A DNA stretch of 64,000 bases, taken from the human T2T-CHM13v2.0 reference genome, Homo sapiens. The stretch lies in NCBI RefSeq assembly GCF_009914755.1, contig NC_060925.1; one strand, written 5' to 3'. The notes beneath the pieces are model-generated. The model was not told where the DNA came from. It did no database searches and worked only from the letters and a program-made list of their open reading frames with translations. The position numbers and the translations under genes are program-made. Of the stretch, positions 1 to 16,844 are shown in pieces; within the stretch, counting starts at the first letter, position 1; each line of letters opens with the position of its first letter.

Positions 1-114
1 TGTGTTATACACCATCTGTTGTCAAAGTAGATTAGGTCCAGAGAGAGTTAACTGAAATCCAGACATGATATATAATGGTTTTCTTCTTCTAATAAAAGTC
101 TATTAATAATTTCT

Positions 115-263
115 TCTTTTAAAATTATTTATTTATTTATTTTTAAAGAGATGGGATCTCATTATGTTGCCCAGGTTGGTCTCAAACTCCTGAGCTCAAG
201 TGATCCTCTAGCCTCAGCCTCCCAAAGTGCTGGGTTACGGGCATGAGCCACCATGCTTGGCCC
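115..263 (-). mobile_element. Alu monomer (FLAM-like)
   Basis: Antisense left-arm Alu; TSD ctattaataatttct at 100-114 and 264-278. Confidence 0.9.
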
Positions 264-369
264 CTATTAATAATTTCTAATGACACTACTCAAAAGAAAA
301 GAACGGGATTATTTTATATGGTTTCTTATGGAACACAGGTTATGGGCAAGCATGATTGAAAAAGATTTA

Positions 370-697
370 GGCCATGTGCAGTGGCTCATGCCTGTATTCC
401 CAACACTTTGGGAGGCCAACGCAGAAGGATTGCTTGAGCCTAGGAGCTCAAGACCAGCCTGGACAACATAACACCACCTTGTCTGTACTACAAAAAAGGG
501 AAATAAAATCAGCCAGGCTTGGAGGCGAGTGCTTGTAGACCCAGCTACTCAGAAGGCTGAGATGGGAGGATTGCTTGAGCCCAGGAGATCAAGGCTGCAG
601 TGACCAATGATTGCGCCACTGCTCTCCAGCCTGGGCATCAGAGCAAAACCATCCATACCCCCATCTCAAAAAAAGAAAGAAATGAAAAAAAAAAAAA
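370..697 (+). mobile_element. Alu (AluJ-like)
   Basis: Dimeric Alu with ggaggattgcttgagccc in both arms, A tail, aaaagattt flanks. Confidence 0.9.
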
Positions 698-849
698 GAT
701 TTGAAGAACAAGGTATCACAACCTGAAAGTAATTCTAATTCTGTAAACCTGTTAAAAATGCAAAAAAATACTATCATGCATAAATGAAGGATAATATGTG
801 GCAAGCATTTTGTAATTATCCTTCTTCACGCTGGGTAGATACTTATTAG

Positions 850-977
850 ATTGTGAGCCATGTAATACATGCTTGCCTTCCCATCATTTTTTGCCATGAT
901 CATAAGTTTCCTGAGGCTGCCCTAGCCATGCTTCCTGTACAGCCTGTGGAACCATGACCCAATTAAGTCCCTCTCTC
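850..977 (+). mobile_element. MaLR LTR (MST-like) 3' part, left of the L1 insertion
   Basis: gccatgatcataagtttcctgaggc...cagcctgtggaaccatgacccaattaa matches the MST/THE1 LTR 3' half. Confidence 0.75.
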
Positions 978-2694
978 TTTTTTTTTTTAAATTATACTTT
1001 AAGTTCTAGGGTACATGTGCACAACATGCAGGTTTGTTACATATGTATACATGTGCCATGTTGGTTTGCTGTACCCATTAACTAGTCATTTACATTAGAT
1101 ATTTCTCCTAATGCTATCCCTCCCCCATCCCCCCACCCCATGACAGGCCCCGGTGTGTGATGTTCCCTGCCCTGTGTCCAGGTGTTCTCATTATTCAATT
1201 CCCACCTATGAATGAGAACATACAGTGTTTGGTTTTCTGTCCTTGCAATAGTTTGCTCAGAATGATGGTTTCCACCTTCATCCATGTTCCTACAAAGGAC
1301 ATGAACTCATCCTTTTTTATGGCTGCATAGTATCCCATGGTGTATATGTGCCACATTTTCTTAATCCAGTCTATCATTGATGGACATTTGGGTTGGTTCC
1401 AAGTCTTTGCTATTGTGAATAGTGCCACAATAAACATACATGTGTGTTTGTCTTTATAGCAGCATGATTTATAATCCTTTGGGTATATACCCAGTAATGG
1501 GATGGCTGGGTCAAATGGTATTTCTAGTTCTAGATCCTTGAGGAATCGCCACACTGTCTTCCACAATGGTTGAACTAGTTTACACTCCCACCAATGGTGT
1601 AAAAGTATTCCTATGTCTCCACATCCTCTCTAGCACTGTTGTTTCCTGACTTTTTAATGATCGCCATTCTAACTGGTGTGAGATGGTATCTCATTGTGGT
1701 TTTGATTTGCATTTCTCTGATGACCAGTGATGATGAGCATTTTTTCATGTGTCTGTTGGCTGCATAAATGTCTTCTTTTGAAAAGTGTCTGTTCATATCT
1801 TTTGCCCACTTTTTGATGGGGTTGTTTGATTTTTTCTTGTAAATTTGTTTAAGTTATTTGTTGATTCTGGATATTAGCCCTTTGTGAGATTGCAAAATTT
1901 TTCTCCCATTCTGTAGGTTGCCTGTTCACTCTGATGGTAGTTTCTTTTGCTGTGCAGAAGCTCTTTAGTTTAATTAGATCCCATTTGTCAATTTTGGCTT
2001 TTGTTGCCATTGCTTTTGGTGTTTTAGTCATGAAGTCCTTGCCCATGCCTATGTCCTGAATGGTATTGCCTACATTTTCTTCTAGGGATTTTGTGGTTTT
2101 AAGTCTAACATTTAAGTCTTTAATCCATATTGAATTAATTTTTGTATAAGGTGTAAGGAAGGGATCCAGTTTCAGCTTTCTACACATGGCTAGCCAGTTT
2201 TCCCAGTGCCATTTATTAAATAGGGAATCCTTTTCCCATTCCTTGTTTTTGTCAGGTTCGTCAAAGATCAGATGGTTGTAGATGTGTGGTGTTATTTCTG
2301 AGGGCTCTGTTCTGTTCCATTGGTCTATATCTCTGTTTTGGTACCAGTACCATGCTGTTTTGGTTACTGTAACCTTGTAGTATAGTTTGAAGTCAGGTAG
2401 CGTGATGCTTCGAGCTTTGTTCTTTTTGCTTAGGATTGTCTTGGCAATGCAGGCTCTTTTTTGGTTCCTTATGAACTTTAAAGTAGTTTTTTCCAATTCT
2501 GTGAAGAAAGTCATTGGTAGCTTGATGGGGATGGCATTGAATCTATAAATTACCTTGGGCAGTATGGCCATTTTCACAATATTGATTCTTCCTATCCATG
2601 AGCATGGAATGTTCTTCCATTTGTTTGTGTCCTCTTTTATTTCGTTGAACAGTGGTTTGTAGTTCTCCTTGAAGAGGTCCTTCACATCCCTTGT
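978..2694 (-). mobile_element. 5'-truncated L1PA (about PA5-PA8): ORF2 C-terminus, 3'UTR and polyA, disrupted
   Basis: ORFs 1849-2685, 1611-1796 and 1195-1566 translate to L1 ORF2p ([22 protein letters not shown]; EIPFDPAIPLLGIYP); G-rich 3'UTR; T-tract at 978. Confidence 0.97.
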
Positions 2695-2767
2695 TTAAAT
2701 CTTTTTTATTTATAAATTACCCAGTTTCAGGTATTTCTTTATAGCAGGGTGAGAATGGACTAATACA
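2695..2767 (+). mobile_element. MaLR LTR (MST-like) terminus, continuation of 850-977
   Basis: ataaattacccagtttcaggtatttctttatagcag...ggactaataca canonical MaLR LTR end. Confidence 0.8.
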
Positions 2768-4406
2768 AAAAGCAAGAAAGAAAACATTAAAGAGAGTTTA
2801 AGAGCTGTTAGAAGCTCTAACATATGTCTAAGTAGAATCCAGGAAAGAATGGAAGAAATGTAATACTTGAAGAGATACTAGCTTAAAATGTTCCAGAATT
2901 GAAGAAAAACATGGACATACAGATATGAAAAACCGTAGCATATATTAGTCAGGATAAGCAGAAGAAAAAGAAAAAGGAAATGAAATCTACTACTAGATAT
3001 ATTGCTGAGAAACTTAAAAACATATATATAGATGAAAAAGGACAGACCTTAAAAATAGCCAGATAAAATGTATAGGTCACCTTTCTAGAGAAAAAGGACA
3101 GCTCACAATACTTAAGGCCTGGGAGAAGACCTCCCAGCAGCTATCACTGAAGCCAGAAGAAATGAAATAATACCTTTGAAGTGCTGAGAAAAAATAACTT
3201 TCCCCCTAAAACTGTATAGCAAAATTATATTTCAAGAATGAAATGTACCAACATGTGTGTGGTGTACCAACATATATGTAGTGGAAGTCTCAGAAGGAAA
3301 GGAGAGGGAGAAAGGGATAGAACAGTTAACTGAAGAATAATGGTTGAAATTTTCCCAAATTCGATTAAAATAAGAAAACATTAAATACTCCAGAAGCTCA
3401 ACAAACCACAGGTAGAAAGAAAAAAATCAAAAGGATCAAGAGAAAAAAGGATTTAAAGACAGGGGAGCAACAATATGATTAACAGCTGACTTCTCATCAG
3501 GATCAACGGAGGGCAAAAGGCAGTGGGATAAAAAGTGCTGGGGGCAGGGTCAGGGAACTGCCACCATTCTATAATTATAATAAGGAAAAAATAAATATAT
3601 TCCCAGATTAAACAAAGACTGAGTGAATTCATTGCTAGCAGTCCTACCTTATAATAAATAAATACTAAGGAAGTCCTTTAGGCTGAAAGGAAATGACCTA
3701 AGACAGTAACTTGAATCCATAGGAAGAAATGAAGAGCATCAGAAATGGCAAAAATGTAGGTAAATATAAAAGTCTATATAAATATCTATTTTTCTATTTT
3801 CTTAATTTCTTTAAAAGACAAGATTATATGAAGCAGTAATCATAACTCTGTGTTGTTGAATTAATGGCATATATAAATACATATAACAATATTAACACAA
3901 GGAAGTTGCTATATTTTACTGTAGTTGAATCAGTATTAACCTGAAGTAGATGGTCTTATTAAGAAGCATATTGTGATCTCTAGAACAAATACGAAAATAA
4001 TTACAAAATATTCAGATAAAAAAATCAACAAAGGAATTGAAATTATACATTAAATTATATGAAACACAAGAATGCAGTAAAGAAAAAATAGAGGAATGAA
4101 ATAGACATTAGACATTACCAAAACAGCAGATGTATATCCAACCACATCACAATGAATTAAATCAAATAGACTAAACACCCCAACCAAAAGGCAGAGGATT
4201 TCAGGCTTCTTTCTAAAAGCCAAGATTGAAGAACTATACACCGCTTATAAGAGACACACTTTAGATTCAAAGACACAAATAGTAAAAAGTAAAATGATAG
4301 AAAAGTAGAATTAAAATGACAGAAAAATATATATCACAGGAACAGTAACAATAAGAAAGTTAGAGTAACTATACTGATATCACACAAAATATATTTTAAG
4401 ACAGAC

Positions 4407-4705
<299 letters not shown>

Positions 4706-4961
4706 TGACAAAGCGTATTTCATAATGTTAAAAGGTTCAATATACCAGGAATATATAGCAATTTAAAATATGTATACACCTAAAACAGAGGCATGAGATA
4801 CATGATGCAAAAAATAACAATTAAAGGGAGAAACTGACAGTTCAACAGCTTGGGGTACAAATTTCAATATATCATTCTCATAACTGATAGAACAACTAGG
4901 CAGAAAATCAACAAGAAAAGAGAAAACACTGTCAACCACCTTGTCCTAGGAGGCATTTTTA

Positions 4962-5295
<334 letters not shown>

Positions 5296-5841
5296 TACAC
5301 CTTCTTTTCAAGCACACATAGACTATTTTTCAGTACTGACCATATGCTAGATCATATGGTCATATAAAACAAGTTCCCAAATTCAAAAGGATTGTAATCA
5401 TTAAACACATGCTTGCCAATCCATAGAATTAAATTAGAAACCAACAGCAGAAAGAAATTTGGGAAATCCCCAAACATTTGAAATTAAACAAAATAATTTT
5501 AAATAACTCATGGGTCAATGAAGAAATCACAAGAGAAATTAGAAAACATTTTGAAGGTAATGAAAATGAAAACATAACACACTAAAATTTTTAGATAAAA
5601 CAGGGCCAAGATGAAAATGTAGCTTTAAACACATATATTAGAAAAAAGTAAAGATTTCAAGACAATATCTAAGATACAACCTACAAAACAAACAAAATGA
5701 ATTAAACCCAAAGAAAGCAAAAGGAAGAAAATAATAAAGAGCAGAGAGAATCAATGAAACAGAACATAAAAAACAACTTTAAAAATCAGTGAAAACAAAA
5801 TTTGATTCTTTAAGATGATCAACAAAATTATTAAACCTTTA

Positions 5842-6270
<429 letters not shown>

Positions 6271-7312
6271 ACAACTTTATGCCAAATTAGACAATTTAGA
6301 TGATATAGACAAATTCCTAGAGAAGCACAAATTATCAAAACTAACCTGAGAAGTAACAGAAAATCTGAATAGACATATAACAAGGAAATAAATCAGTAAT
6401 AAAACAATTACACGCACACATATAATTGTATATATATGTATACACACAGGTTCAGATAGAATCACTGATAAATTCTATAAAACAGTTAAAGAAGAAATAA
6501 TGCCAATTACATATAAACTCTTTCAGAAAATAGAAGAAGGAACACTTCTAACTCATGAAGACAATATTACTCTGATACCAAAACCAGAAAAAGACATCAC
6601 AAGGAATCTATAGACCAATAGTCTTCATGAACACAAATGCAAAATGTTTAACAGTGTATTTGCAAATAGTTTTATTTTAGATTCAGGGGTACATGTGCAG
6701 ATTTGTTACCTGGGTATATTGTGTGATGCTGAAGTTTGGGGTATGATGGATCCTGTCACCTAAGTACTGAACACAGTACTCAATAGCTTTTCAATCTTTG
6801 CCTCCCTCCCTCCCTGCCCCCTCTAGTAGTCTCATGTTTCTATTGTTGCCATCTTAATGTCTGTGAGTGTCCAGTGTTTAGCTACCACTTATAAGTGAGA
6901 ACATATATTTGCTTTTCTGTTCCTACATTAATTCACTTAGGATAATGACCTCCAGCTGCATTCATGCTGATGCAAAGGACATGATTTTGTTCTTTTTTAA
7001 TGGCTGCATTGTATGCCGCAGTGTATATGTACTATGTTTTCTTAAACCACCAGTGATGGGCACCTAGATTGATTCCATGTGTTTGCTTTTGTGAATAGTG
7101 TTGTAATGAACATGTGAGTGCATGTTTCTTTTTGATAGAATAATTTATTTCTTTTTGGATGTATACCCAGTAATGGGATTGCTGCGTCAAATAGTAGTTC
7201 TGTTTTCAGTTCTTTGAGAAATTTCCAAATTGCTTTCCACAGTAGCTGAACAAATTTACATTCCCAGCAACAGTTACATTCTCTTTTCTTCAGAGCCTGG
7301 CCGACATCTGAT

Positions 7313-7625
7313 TTTTTTTTTTTTTTTTTTTTTCCTAAGACAGGGTTCTTGATCTGTTGCCCAGGCTGGAGTGCAGTGGCATGATCATGGGTCACTTCAG
7401 CCTTAATCTTCAGGGCTCAAGTGATCTTCCCACCTCAGCCTCCCAGGTAGCTGGGATTATAGGGGTGCACTGCTGCACCCAGCTAATTTATTTTTATTTT
7501 TATTTTGTAGAGATGGGGTCTCACTATGTTACTCAGACTGGTCGTGAACCCGTGGACTCAAGTGATCCTCCTGCCTCAGCCTCCCAAAGTATGGGATTAC
7601 AGGCATGAGCCACTGTGCCTGACCT
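7313..7625 (-). mobile_element. AluJ-like
   Basis: Antisense Alu within L1. Confidence 0.93.
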
Positions 7626-7785
7626 TTGCTTTTTAATAATAACCATTCTGACTGGTGTGAGATGGTATCTCATTGCAGTTTTGATTTGCTACATTTCTCT
7701 GATGATTAGTGATGTGGAGCATTTTTTCATGTTTACTGGCCGATTGTATGTCTTCTTTTGAGAGTGTCTGTTCATGTACTTTGCC

Positions 7786-8156
<371 letters not shown>

Positions 8157-8871
8157 TAGACCTTTGTCAGATGCATAGTTTGCAAATATTTCCTCCCATT
8201 CTGTAGGTTGTCTGTTTACTCTGTTGATAGTTTTTTTTCTGTACAGAAGCCCTTTAGTTTAATTAGGTCCCACTTGTTAGTTTTTGTTTTGGTTGCAATT
8301 GGTTTTGGGGACTTAGCCAAAAATTATTTGCCAAGACCAATGACAAGAAGGATATTTCCTAGGTTTTCTTGAAGGATTTTTCTAGTTTGTGGTCTTTCAT
8401 TTAAATCTTTAATCCACATTGAGTTAATTTTTGTATATGGTGAAAGGTAAGGGTCTTGTTTCTTTCTTCTGTATACAGCTAGCCAGTTATTCCAGCACCA
8501 TTTATTGCATACCCTGTCCTCTCCCCATTGCTCGTTTTTGTCAGTCTTGTCAGAGATAAAATGGCTGCAGGTATGTGGCTTCATTTCTGGGTCTGTATTC
8601 TATTCAAGGAAGCCATCTCTTACCACTACTAGTCAATATTTTAGTGGAAATTATAGCCAATGTAATATGTAAAGAAAAATATATTAAACATTTTCTCTTA
8701 TTCATATTTGATGTTTGTACTGGTTATATTTATTGAAATATTAATATAATTTTATGTCTGACAAATATAATAATAAAAATTAGCTTGCTTTTTGTATATC
8801 TCTTTTACCATTCTTTTTTTAGCTAATGTGTATTTATTTAGTTTTCAAAAGTATTGGTATATGACAGATAA

Positions 8872-9460
<589 letters not shown>

Positions 9461-9966
9461 GTATTGGTATATGATCAATAAGAAATAAAACCAATTTTTC
9501 ACTGTACAGAATTTGAAAAGCATTGCTCTGAACTAAATTACTGTCTGATCCTTTCATATATTGAGATTCTGGAACGACTTCTACAGATATTGAAGTTTCT
9601 GTTCAGCAGGCAGAGCCAATGCTATACAACAAAGGCTGTTAGACCAGTTAGGCCTTATTTATTAAATGTATTAACGAATCTAAAAAAAGAATATTAGAAA
9701 CAGGATATGTCATCCAAGAGCATAGAAAAAAAGCAAATAGTAGCAATACCTGTCTAAGTAATGTCCAAGGGTATGGTAGGTGGCCAACTCCTTTGTTTAT
9801 TTCAATCATGTTTGCAAAGCCATGCCTACAAGACAGACTGATACAAAGAGTTATAGCCAAAGGAAGTGAAATAGTCTCACTCTTGTAGCATTATCATTCT
9901 TTCTATAGAATCTTAGCTGTGGCATTAACCATTACATTCAGACTCTGAATTTGTGATTTCATAGAG

Positions 9967-10255
9967 CAGCGGTCCCCAAACTTTTTGACACCAGGGACCT
10001 AGTTTCGTGGAAGACAATTTTTCCGCAGGGCGGGGGGTGGGGGCTCCTCTAAGGAGCGCACAACCTAGATCCCTCACACGCGCAGTTCACAATAGGGTTC
10101 GCGCTCCTGTAAGAATCTAATGCTGTGGCTGATCTGACAGGAGGCAGAACTCAGGCAGTAATGCTCGCTTGCCTGCCACTTGTCTCCTGCTGCATGGCCC
10201 TGTTCCTAACAGGCCACCAAGTACTGGTCCATGGCCCAGGGGTTGGGGACCCCTG
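9967..10255 (+). mobile_element. MER1B-like hAT-Charlie MITE, internally deleted
   Basis: TIRs cagcggtccccaa / ttggggacccctg; 8-bp TSD tcatagag (9959-9966) / tcataaag (10256-10263). Confidence 0.92.
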
Positions 10256-10290
10256 TCATAAAGGATGGTGAACTAGTTGTAGTTGCTGGC

Positions 10291-11431
<1,141 letters not shown>

Positions 11432-12044
11432 TTAAATGCTGTACTAGAAAGGCCACAGGAAAGGGGACTTGATAGATCTCAGATCCATTCTCATCAACTA
11501 ACTCAAGAGCTATAAAGAAACTTCAGAGAGATTTCTCCTACAAAGTGTAGGAGAAAGAATGTCCTGTAGTCAAAGGGGACTAGGGACCACAGACAAGGGA
11601 CAAGATAGAAGAGAGATTTCTAATTGCACTCCTTTCTCTTCCGTGTTGCTTTATGCAAGTCCAACACCAATGAAAGTGTGATCCACATTGGGGAGACTGG
11701 GTTTTTACTGGCTGGTGATTCCCTATTGCTTTAGTACATTGAGAATACAAATGAAATGGCACACTAAAGCAGAACCGATCAAAAGAAATCAGTAAAAAGA
11801 GAAAAAAAGAGAGAAAGGGAGAGAATATAGAATTAAAATCAGAAAACAATCACAGCTCTCTTGTTCTGCTTTCCATACTTCACATCTTTCATTTTTATCT
11901 GGTTTTTTAAAATTAAAAATAACCCACCTTTAAAAAAATTATTGTGTTCTTTGGGGGCCATTTTACTTAGAAAAAAAAATCTTTTAAAAAGTGCCATGTT
12001 CAGGCACGATGGCTAATCATAGTTTCAGATGGCATAGAGACCAA

Positions 12045-12360
<316 letters not shown>

Positions 12361-12724
12361 TAGAGACCAATTTTACTGACCCTGTCTTTTACATCTGATT
12401 TTGGAAGAGTCAAGATGCCCCTCGGATAACAGTAGAGGGGATGGAATAGTGTGAAGTCCTTTGCAACAAAGTGCAAGATTTTCTTTCTGCTGTTGTGCCC
12501 TGGAAGGCTTATGTTCAGCTTTGCCCGTCCGCCAGGAGCATGGGTAGAATGTTATGCTCACTCTCTGTAGACAAGAACACTGGATGATGATGATATGAAT
12601 GTAGATAGCTGTAGAAATTCATTTGCAATGTCTTCATTTGAGCTGTGTCCTTCCACTGCCCCTATTCCTTCTCCATACATGGTTGCTGGTTGGAGGGAGC
12701 AGATATGTTTCTTTGAAAAACAGT

Positions 12725-12800
12725 GAGGGGGCATGTGGCTTCTTGTTTATTTAAGGGTGGGCCTCTTTGGGCTCACCAAGAACTGTTTACTTCCTGTGTG
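12725..12800 (-). promoter_or_regulatory. Candidate regulatory cluster (ETS/FOX composite, CACCC box, TATA-like)
   Basis: Minus strand ACAGGAAGTAAACA, CCCACCC and TTAAATAAACA in unique sequence; motif evidence only. Confidence 0.3.
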
Positions 12801-13200
12801 TACTTGTACAAAATTTGGGTTCTGAGAGCTATGCGGTGAATTCAGTGTTAGCTCATCCCAGACCTCAGTGTTAGCTCCTCTAGGCAGTAGGACATCTGTG
12901 TTTCTCAGGGCAGGCTCAGGTTTGGGGTCCTCTTGGGGATAACTGGCATTGGAAGGACACAGGTCATCTAAATGGAGCTCCAGTGCCCCTTCTCAGGGTC
13001 CAGTCAGAACTTTCCCCTTGGGCCCCCTAGAAGATACTGCTGTCTTACACCTGGACACACCTTGGCTTTGGGGTATACATCTCTTCTCTCCCCACTGATT
13101 GGTATTATAACATCAAACTGCTCCAGGCCTGGTGCGTGCTCTCCAGGAGAACCAACCGGGAAATTCTCCAACAGGTAAAGTCCTTAAAAATGATACATTT

Positions 13201-13310
13201 GGCCAGTTGTGGTGGCTCACATCTGTAATCCCATGACTTTGGAGGCTGAGGCAGGTGGATCATTTGAGCCCAGGAGTTCAAGACCAGCCTGGGCAAAGAG
13301 GTGAAGTCTC
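13201..13310 (+). mobile_element. Alu left monomer (FLAM-like)
   Basis: ggccagttgtggtggctcac...cagcctgggcaa. Confidence 0.85.
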
Positions 13311-14157
13311 TTATATTTTTTTCAAATGATACTTTTAGCTACCTAACTTTGGGGACCAAATGCCTAAGAGGGAAAGGAAGCAGTCTAATGCAAATTGAAT
13401 ACATCATACCAGAGTCTGGGAAAATTAATTAAATAACACAGGGTAGTCATAAAATCCTTGTGGGATGTTACAGATGTAATAACCTAATGCTTAATATGTT
13501 GCTACCTTAAAATGAAGAGATAAAATAAACAACCTGTGAATTTTCTTCATATAGCTGATAAAGACAAGTTCCAGTGGTTTGTAAGACATAATTTTGCCTG
13601 TACCCAGGGGGACTTTTTTTATATGACATAGGATATTAAGCAATGTAAAGTTGCAGATGTAACTAGCAAATTTGCTTTTAAATGTCATTAACAGATTTCT
13701 GTTGAAACTGCAAACCTAAATTATTGAAATTTAGGAATGCACAGGGACTTAAAGACTCTGTCACACACACCCATACATGCACACACACACACACTTACTG
13801 AAAGCTGTTGTGAGATGAAGGAGACCTATGTGACTAACAAGTTCAACTTCTTTGTGCCTGGAAAGAAGGGACTGGAGCAGCCAAGAGACTCACTTTCCCC
13901 ATCTCACTTGAGTCTTTATGCCTGAGTCTCTCCAGCACATGCACACATGCATGCACACACACACGTGCCCTATCCAAAGATGGCTGCGGACTTCTCCTGC
14001 CGGTTCTGCTGGTTGGGGCTGGGGGGCAGGGTGGTCCCATAGAATTTGTTCTGGTTTCTACGATATAAACAAGATAACTCGAAGCTATGTGAACATTGCC
14101 TTGCTTTCTAGACGGTGGAATGTAACCCTGCACCTTTAGAAGCACAATCATTAATTA

Positions 14158-14405
14158 ATTTTTTTTTTTGAGACAGGATCTGGCTCTGTCACTCAGGCTG
14201 GGTTGCAGTGGCACAATCTCTGCTCACTGCAACCTCTGCCCCCACCAGGCTCAAGCCATTCTCCCACCTCAGCGTCCTGAGTAGGGGTTACTATAGGCAC
14301 GTGCTACAATGCCCTGCTAATTTTGTATTTTTTGTAGAGATGGGGGTTTTACTGTGTTGCCCAGGCTGCTCTTGAACTCCTGAGCTCAAGCAACCATGCC
14401 TGGCC
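14158..14405 (-). mobile_element. AluJ-like with internal deletion
   Basis: Antisense Alu lacking part of the left arm. Confidence 0.9.
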
Positions 14406-14555
14406 CAATAACTTTTTTTTAAACTCCCATCTATCCACATTGGAGAAATCAACAGGTTCTAGGAAGTAAATATGTCTCTTTGTAACCTAAAAAAAGAAAA
14501 AGAAAAAACAACCACAGATAAAACCAAGATTTTAAACTTGTATAAGAAATGATGA

Positions 14556-14843
14556 AGCCAGATGTGGTGACTCACACCTGTAATCCCAGCACTTTGGGAG
14601 GCCAAGGTAGGCAACCACTTGAGCTCAGAAGTTTGAGACCAACTTAGGCAACATGGCAAAACCATGTCTCTACAAAAAAAAAAAAAAAAAAAAAAAAGCA
14701 AAAATTAGCCAGGCATGGTAGTGCTCACTGTAGTTGTCCCAAGTAGGGAGATCGGGATCACTTGAGCCCTGGAGGTGGAGGTTGCAGTGAGCCCAGATTG
14801 CACCACTACACTCCAGCCTGGGTGACAGAGTGAGACCTATTTG
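14556..14843 (+). mobile_element. AluJ-like
   Basis: Dimeric Alu with expanded middle A-tract. Confidence 0.9.
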
Positions 14844-14844
14844 C

Positions 14845-15285
14845 CAAAATATTTGAAAATTTAGATAAATAAATTCCTGGAATGATTTTTTAACTGGAAA
14901 AAATAGTACAACATATAGCAGAACTTTCATAAACAAATAACATATAAAGATGATGAAATAGAAATCAGCTCCCCTTCTTCCCCATTTTCTCGTTCCCAAT
15001 GCTAGTGTCAAACGGTAGAGTTCTATCAAACTTTCCAAGAATAGAACGTAGAAATAGAGGGAAAGCTAATTCTTTTTGAGATAAGAATAACTTTGACACA
15101 GCATACATGTAAGGATAGTATTGAAAAATTTACAAACCAATTTCATTTAAGAAAATAGATGTAAAAATCCTAAATAACTAAATCCAACATGTATTAAAAA
15201 ACTGCAACATGATTAAATGGACTTATCTTAGCAATGTAAATAAATTTGTTATTGAAATTAGCCATGTTAATGGACTATGGTAACT
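14845..15285 (+). mobile_element. Old L1M ORF2 fragment
   Basis: aaaatttagataaataaattcctgg; atagatgtaaaaatcctaaataa. Confidence 0.6.
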
Positions 15286-15289
15286 CTTT

Positions 15290-15872
15290 TAGACTAGTTT
15301 TCTCAAACTGTGTATTTGGAGAGGTTGGAAAGCTTTCAAAAATACTTCTCCCAGATTCCTTTTGCAGCTAGAGTTCTAGACACGGATGAGGTTCCATCAA
15401 TCAAATACACCCAAATGAGAGTTGGAAGGTGGAAGTATTACAGTTGCTATTAGCTATAGGTCTGGTCTATTGCCGCTAAAAAGTAAGATTTGTAAATGTA
15501 CAGCTTTCTGTAATAGCATTCCAGTGTCTTTGACCCTGTGAGTAAAGAAGCAGTAGTCATGGCAAGGTTTCTCTACCTGAACTCATACTTTGTAATCTCT
15601 AGTTTGCTGTGTTAATACTCATTCTTTACCTTCTTTGGCTAAGAGACAGCTGTGGCAGCAGTTTTTTAAAGCATAGATGCAATGGTGGTCTCAGTGGTAG
15701 TTGTCTCCCAGTGTAGCATGTCAGACTTATTTTGGTAGATATTCTAGGTGTTAAGCAGCTGCCCCCTCAACTCTCCAAAGATTTTGTAAGCACCTAACTC
15801 CCTACATTAAATCACTTCCTGCTTAAAATGTCTAGTGTCACTTCTGTTAACTGGACCAAACCCTGACTGACA
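15290..15872 (+). mobile_element. Old ERVL LTR (LTR33-like)
   Basis: ttctcccagattccttttgcagctagag...attaaatcacttcctgcttaaaat...aaccctgactgaca. Confidence 0.6.
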
Positions 15873-16652
15873 GAGTATTTAATATTAAAAATGGCTGATG
15901 CTATGGCAAAATTACTCAAATAAGCAGTGTCTGCTTAATAGTCTAGCAGTTCATGGAAAGGAAACAATTGCATGCTGGAAAGCTGATTATCTTTGTATAC
16001 TGTGGCAAAATACTTCATAAAATTGTTGCCTCTGATATCATGGAAGTACAACTGTGTGCTAACAGACCCTGAATTTCTAGATGAACGAGTTAGAAAATAT
16101 CAGAATGTAATGTGTATTGGCTCTTCATTGCTGTTTGTAGCAAGATATAAGAAAGCAATGAATTCAGGCAAGAATTGGCCAATTTTCAAACAGATATGAA
16201 AGAAAATTCAGTTCTGTTAAAGGAGTCTTTCTGCCAGTGGACTAAAATCTAAACTACTCATGCCCAAGAAAGTTAAAAAAACTCAAGTGCTCATGTTCCC
16301 CCAGACAAGAGAGTATAAGGCCCCAGCATTTTCTCAAGCTTCTTCCATTTAGATTTCTCTTCCAGAAAAATTGCAGCTAGTATATCTGCAAAGATTAGAT
16401 TAAAGATGGTGCCTTCCCACCCAAGCCTGTTATTAATTTAAATGGACTCAAGATAGCTGCCATTAAATTAGGAGAGGATAGGTCTTGTACAGACAAATAT
16501 GCAAATAAATTAGTCTTGAGAAAACAATTTTGCAGTGTGATTATTAGCACATAGAGCTTTTTGGAAGCAAGTCGGAAATCTGCTAAATATTTCCTAAAGT
16601 ATTTTGGGAAGTTGTGTTGCCAAAGGAAACATAAACCTGGCTTACAGAAGCC
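15873..16652 (+). mobile_element. ERVL/MaLR internal-like sequence
   Basis: gctggaaagctgattatctttgtatactgtggcaaaatactt resembles MaLR-internal sequence and follows the LTR directly. Confidence 0.45.
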
Positions 16653-16654
16653 TA

Positions 16655-16838
16655 TGATTGTGTCTAGGTGTGGATTTCTTTGAGTTAACCCTACTTAGAG
16701 TCCATTAAGCTTCTTTAATGTGTAAACTAATGTTTTGGAGTCAAATTTCAGAAATTTTGGGCCATTATTTCTTCAAGAATTTTTTCTGCTCCTTTCTCTT
16801 TCTTCTTCCCTTCTGGGACTGCCATTATGCATTATGTA
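16655..16838 (-). mobile_element. L1M ORF1 fragment
   Basis: tgtctaggtgtggatttctttgagtt...gccattatttcttcaa antisense ORF1 motif. Confidence 0.75.
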
Positions 16839-16844
16839 TATATA

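Noticed and set aside
1849-2685. Longest ORF (278 aa) as a host gene
   Set aside because: It is L1 ORF2p sequence from a 5'-truncated, frameshifted copy.
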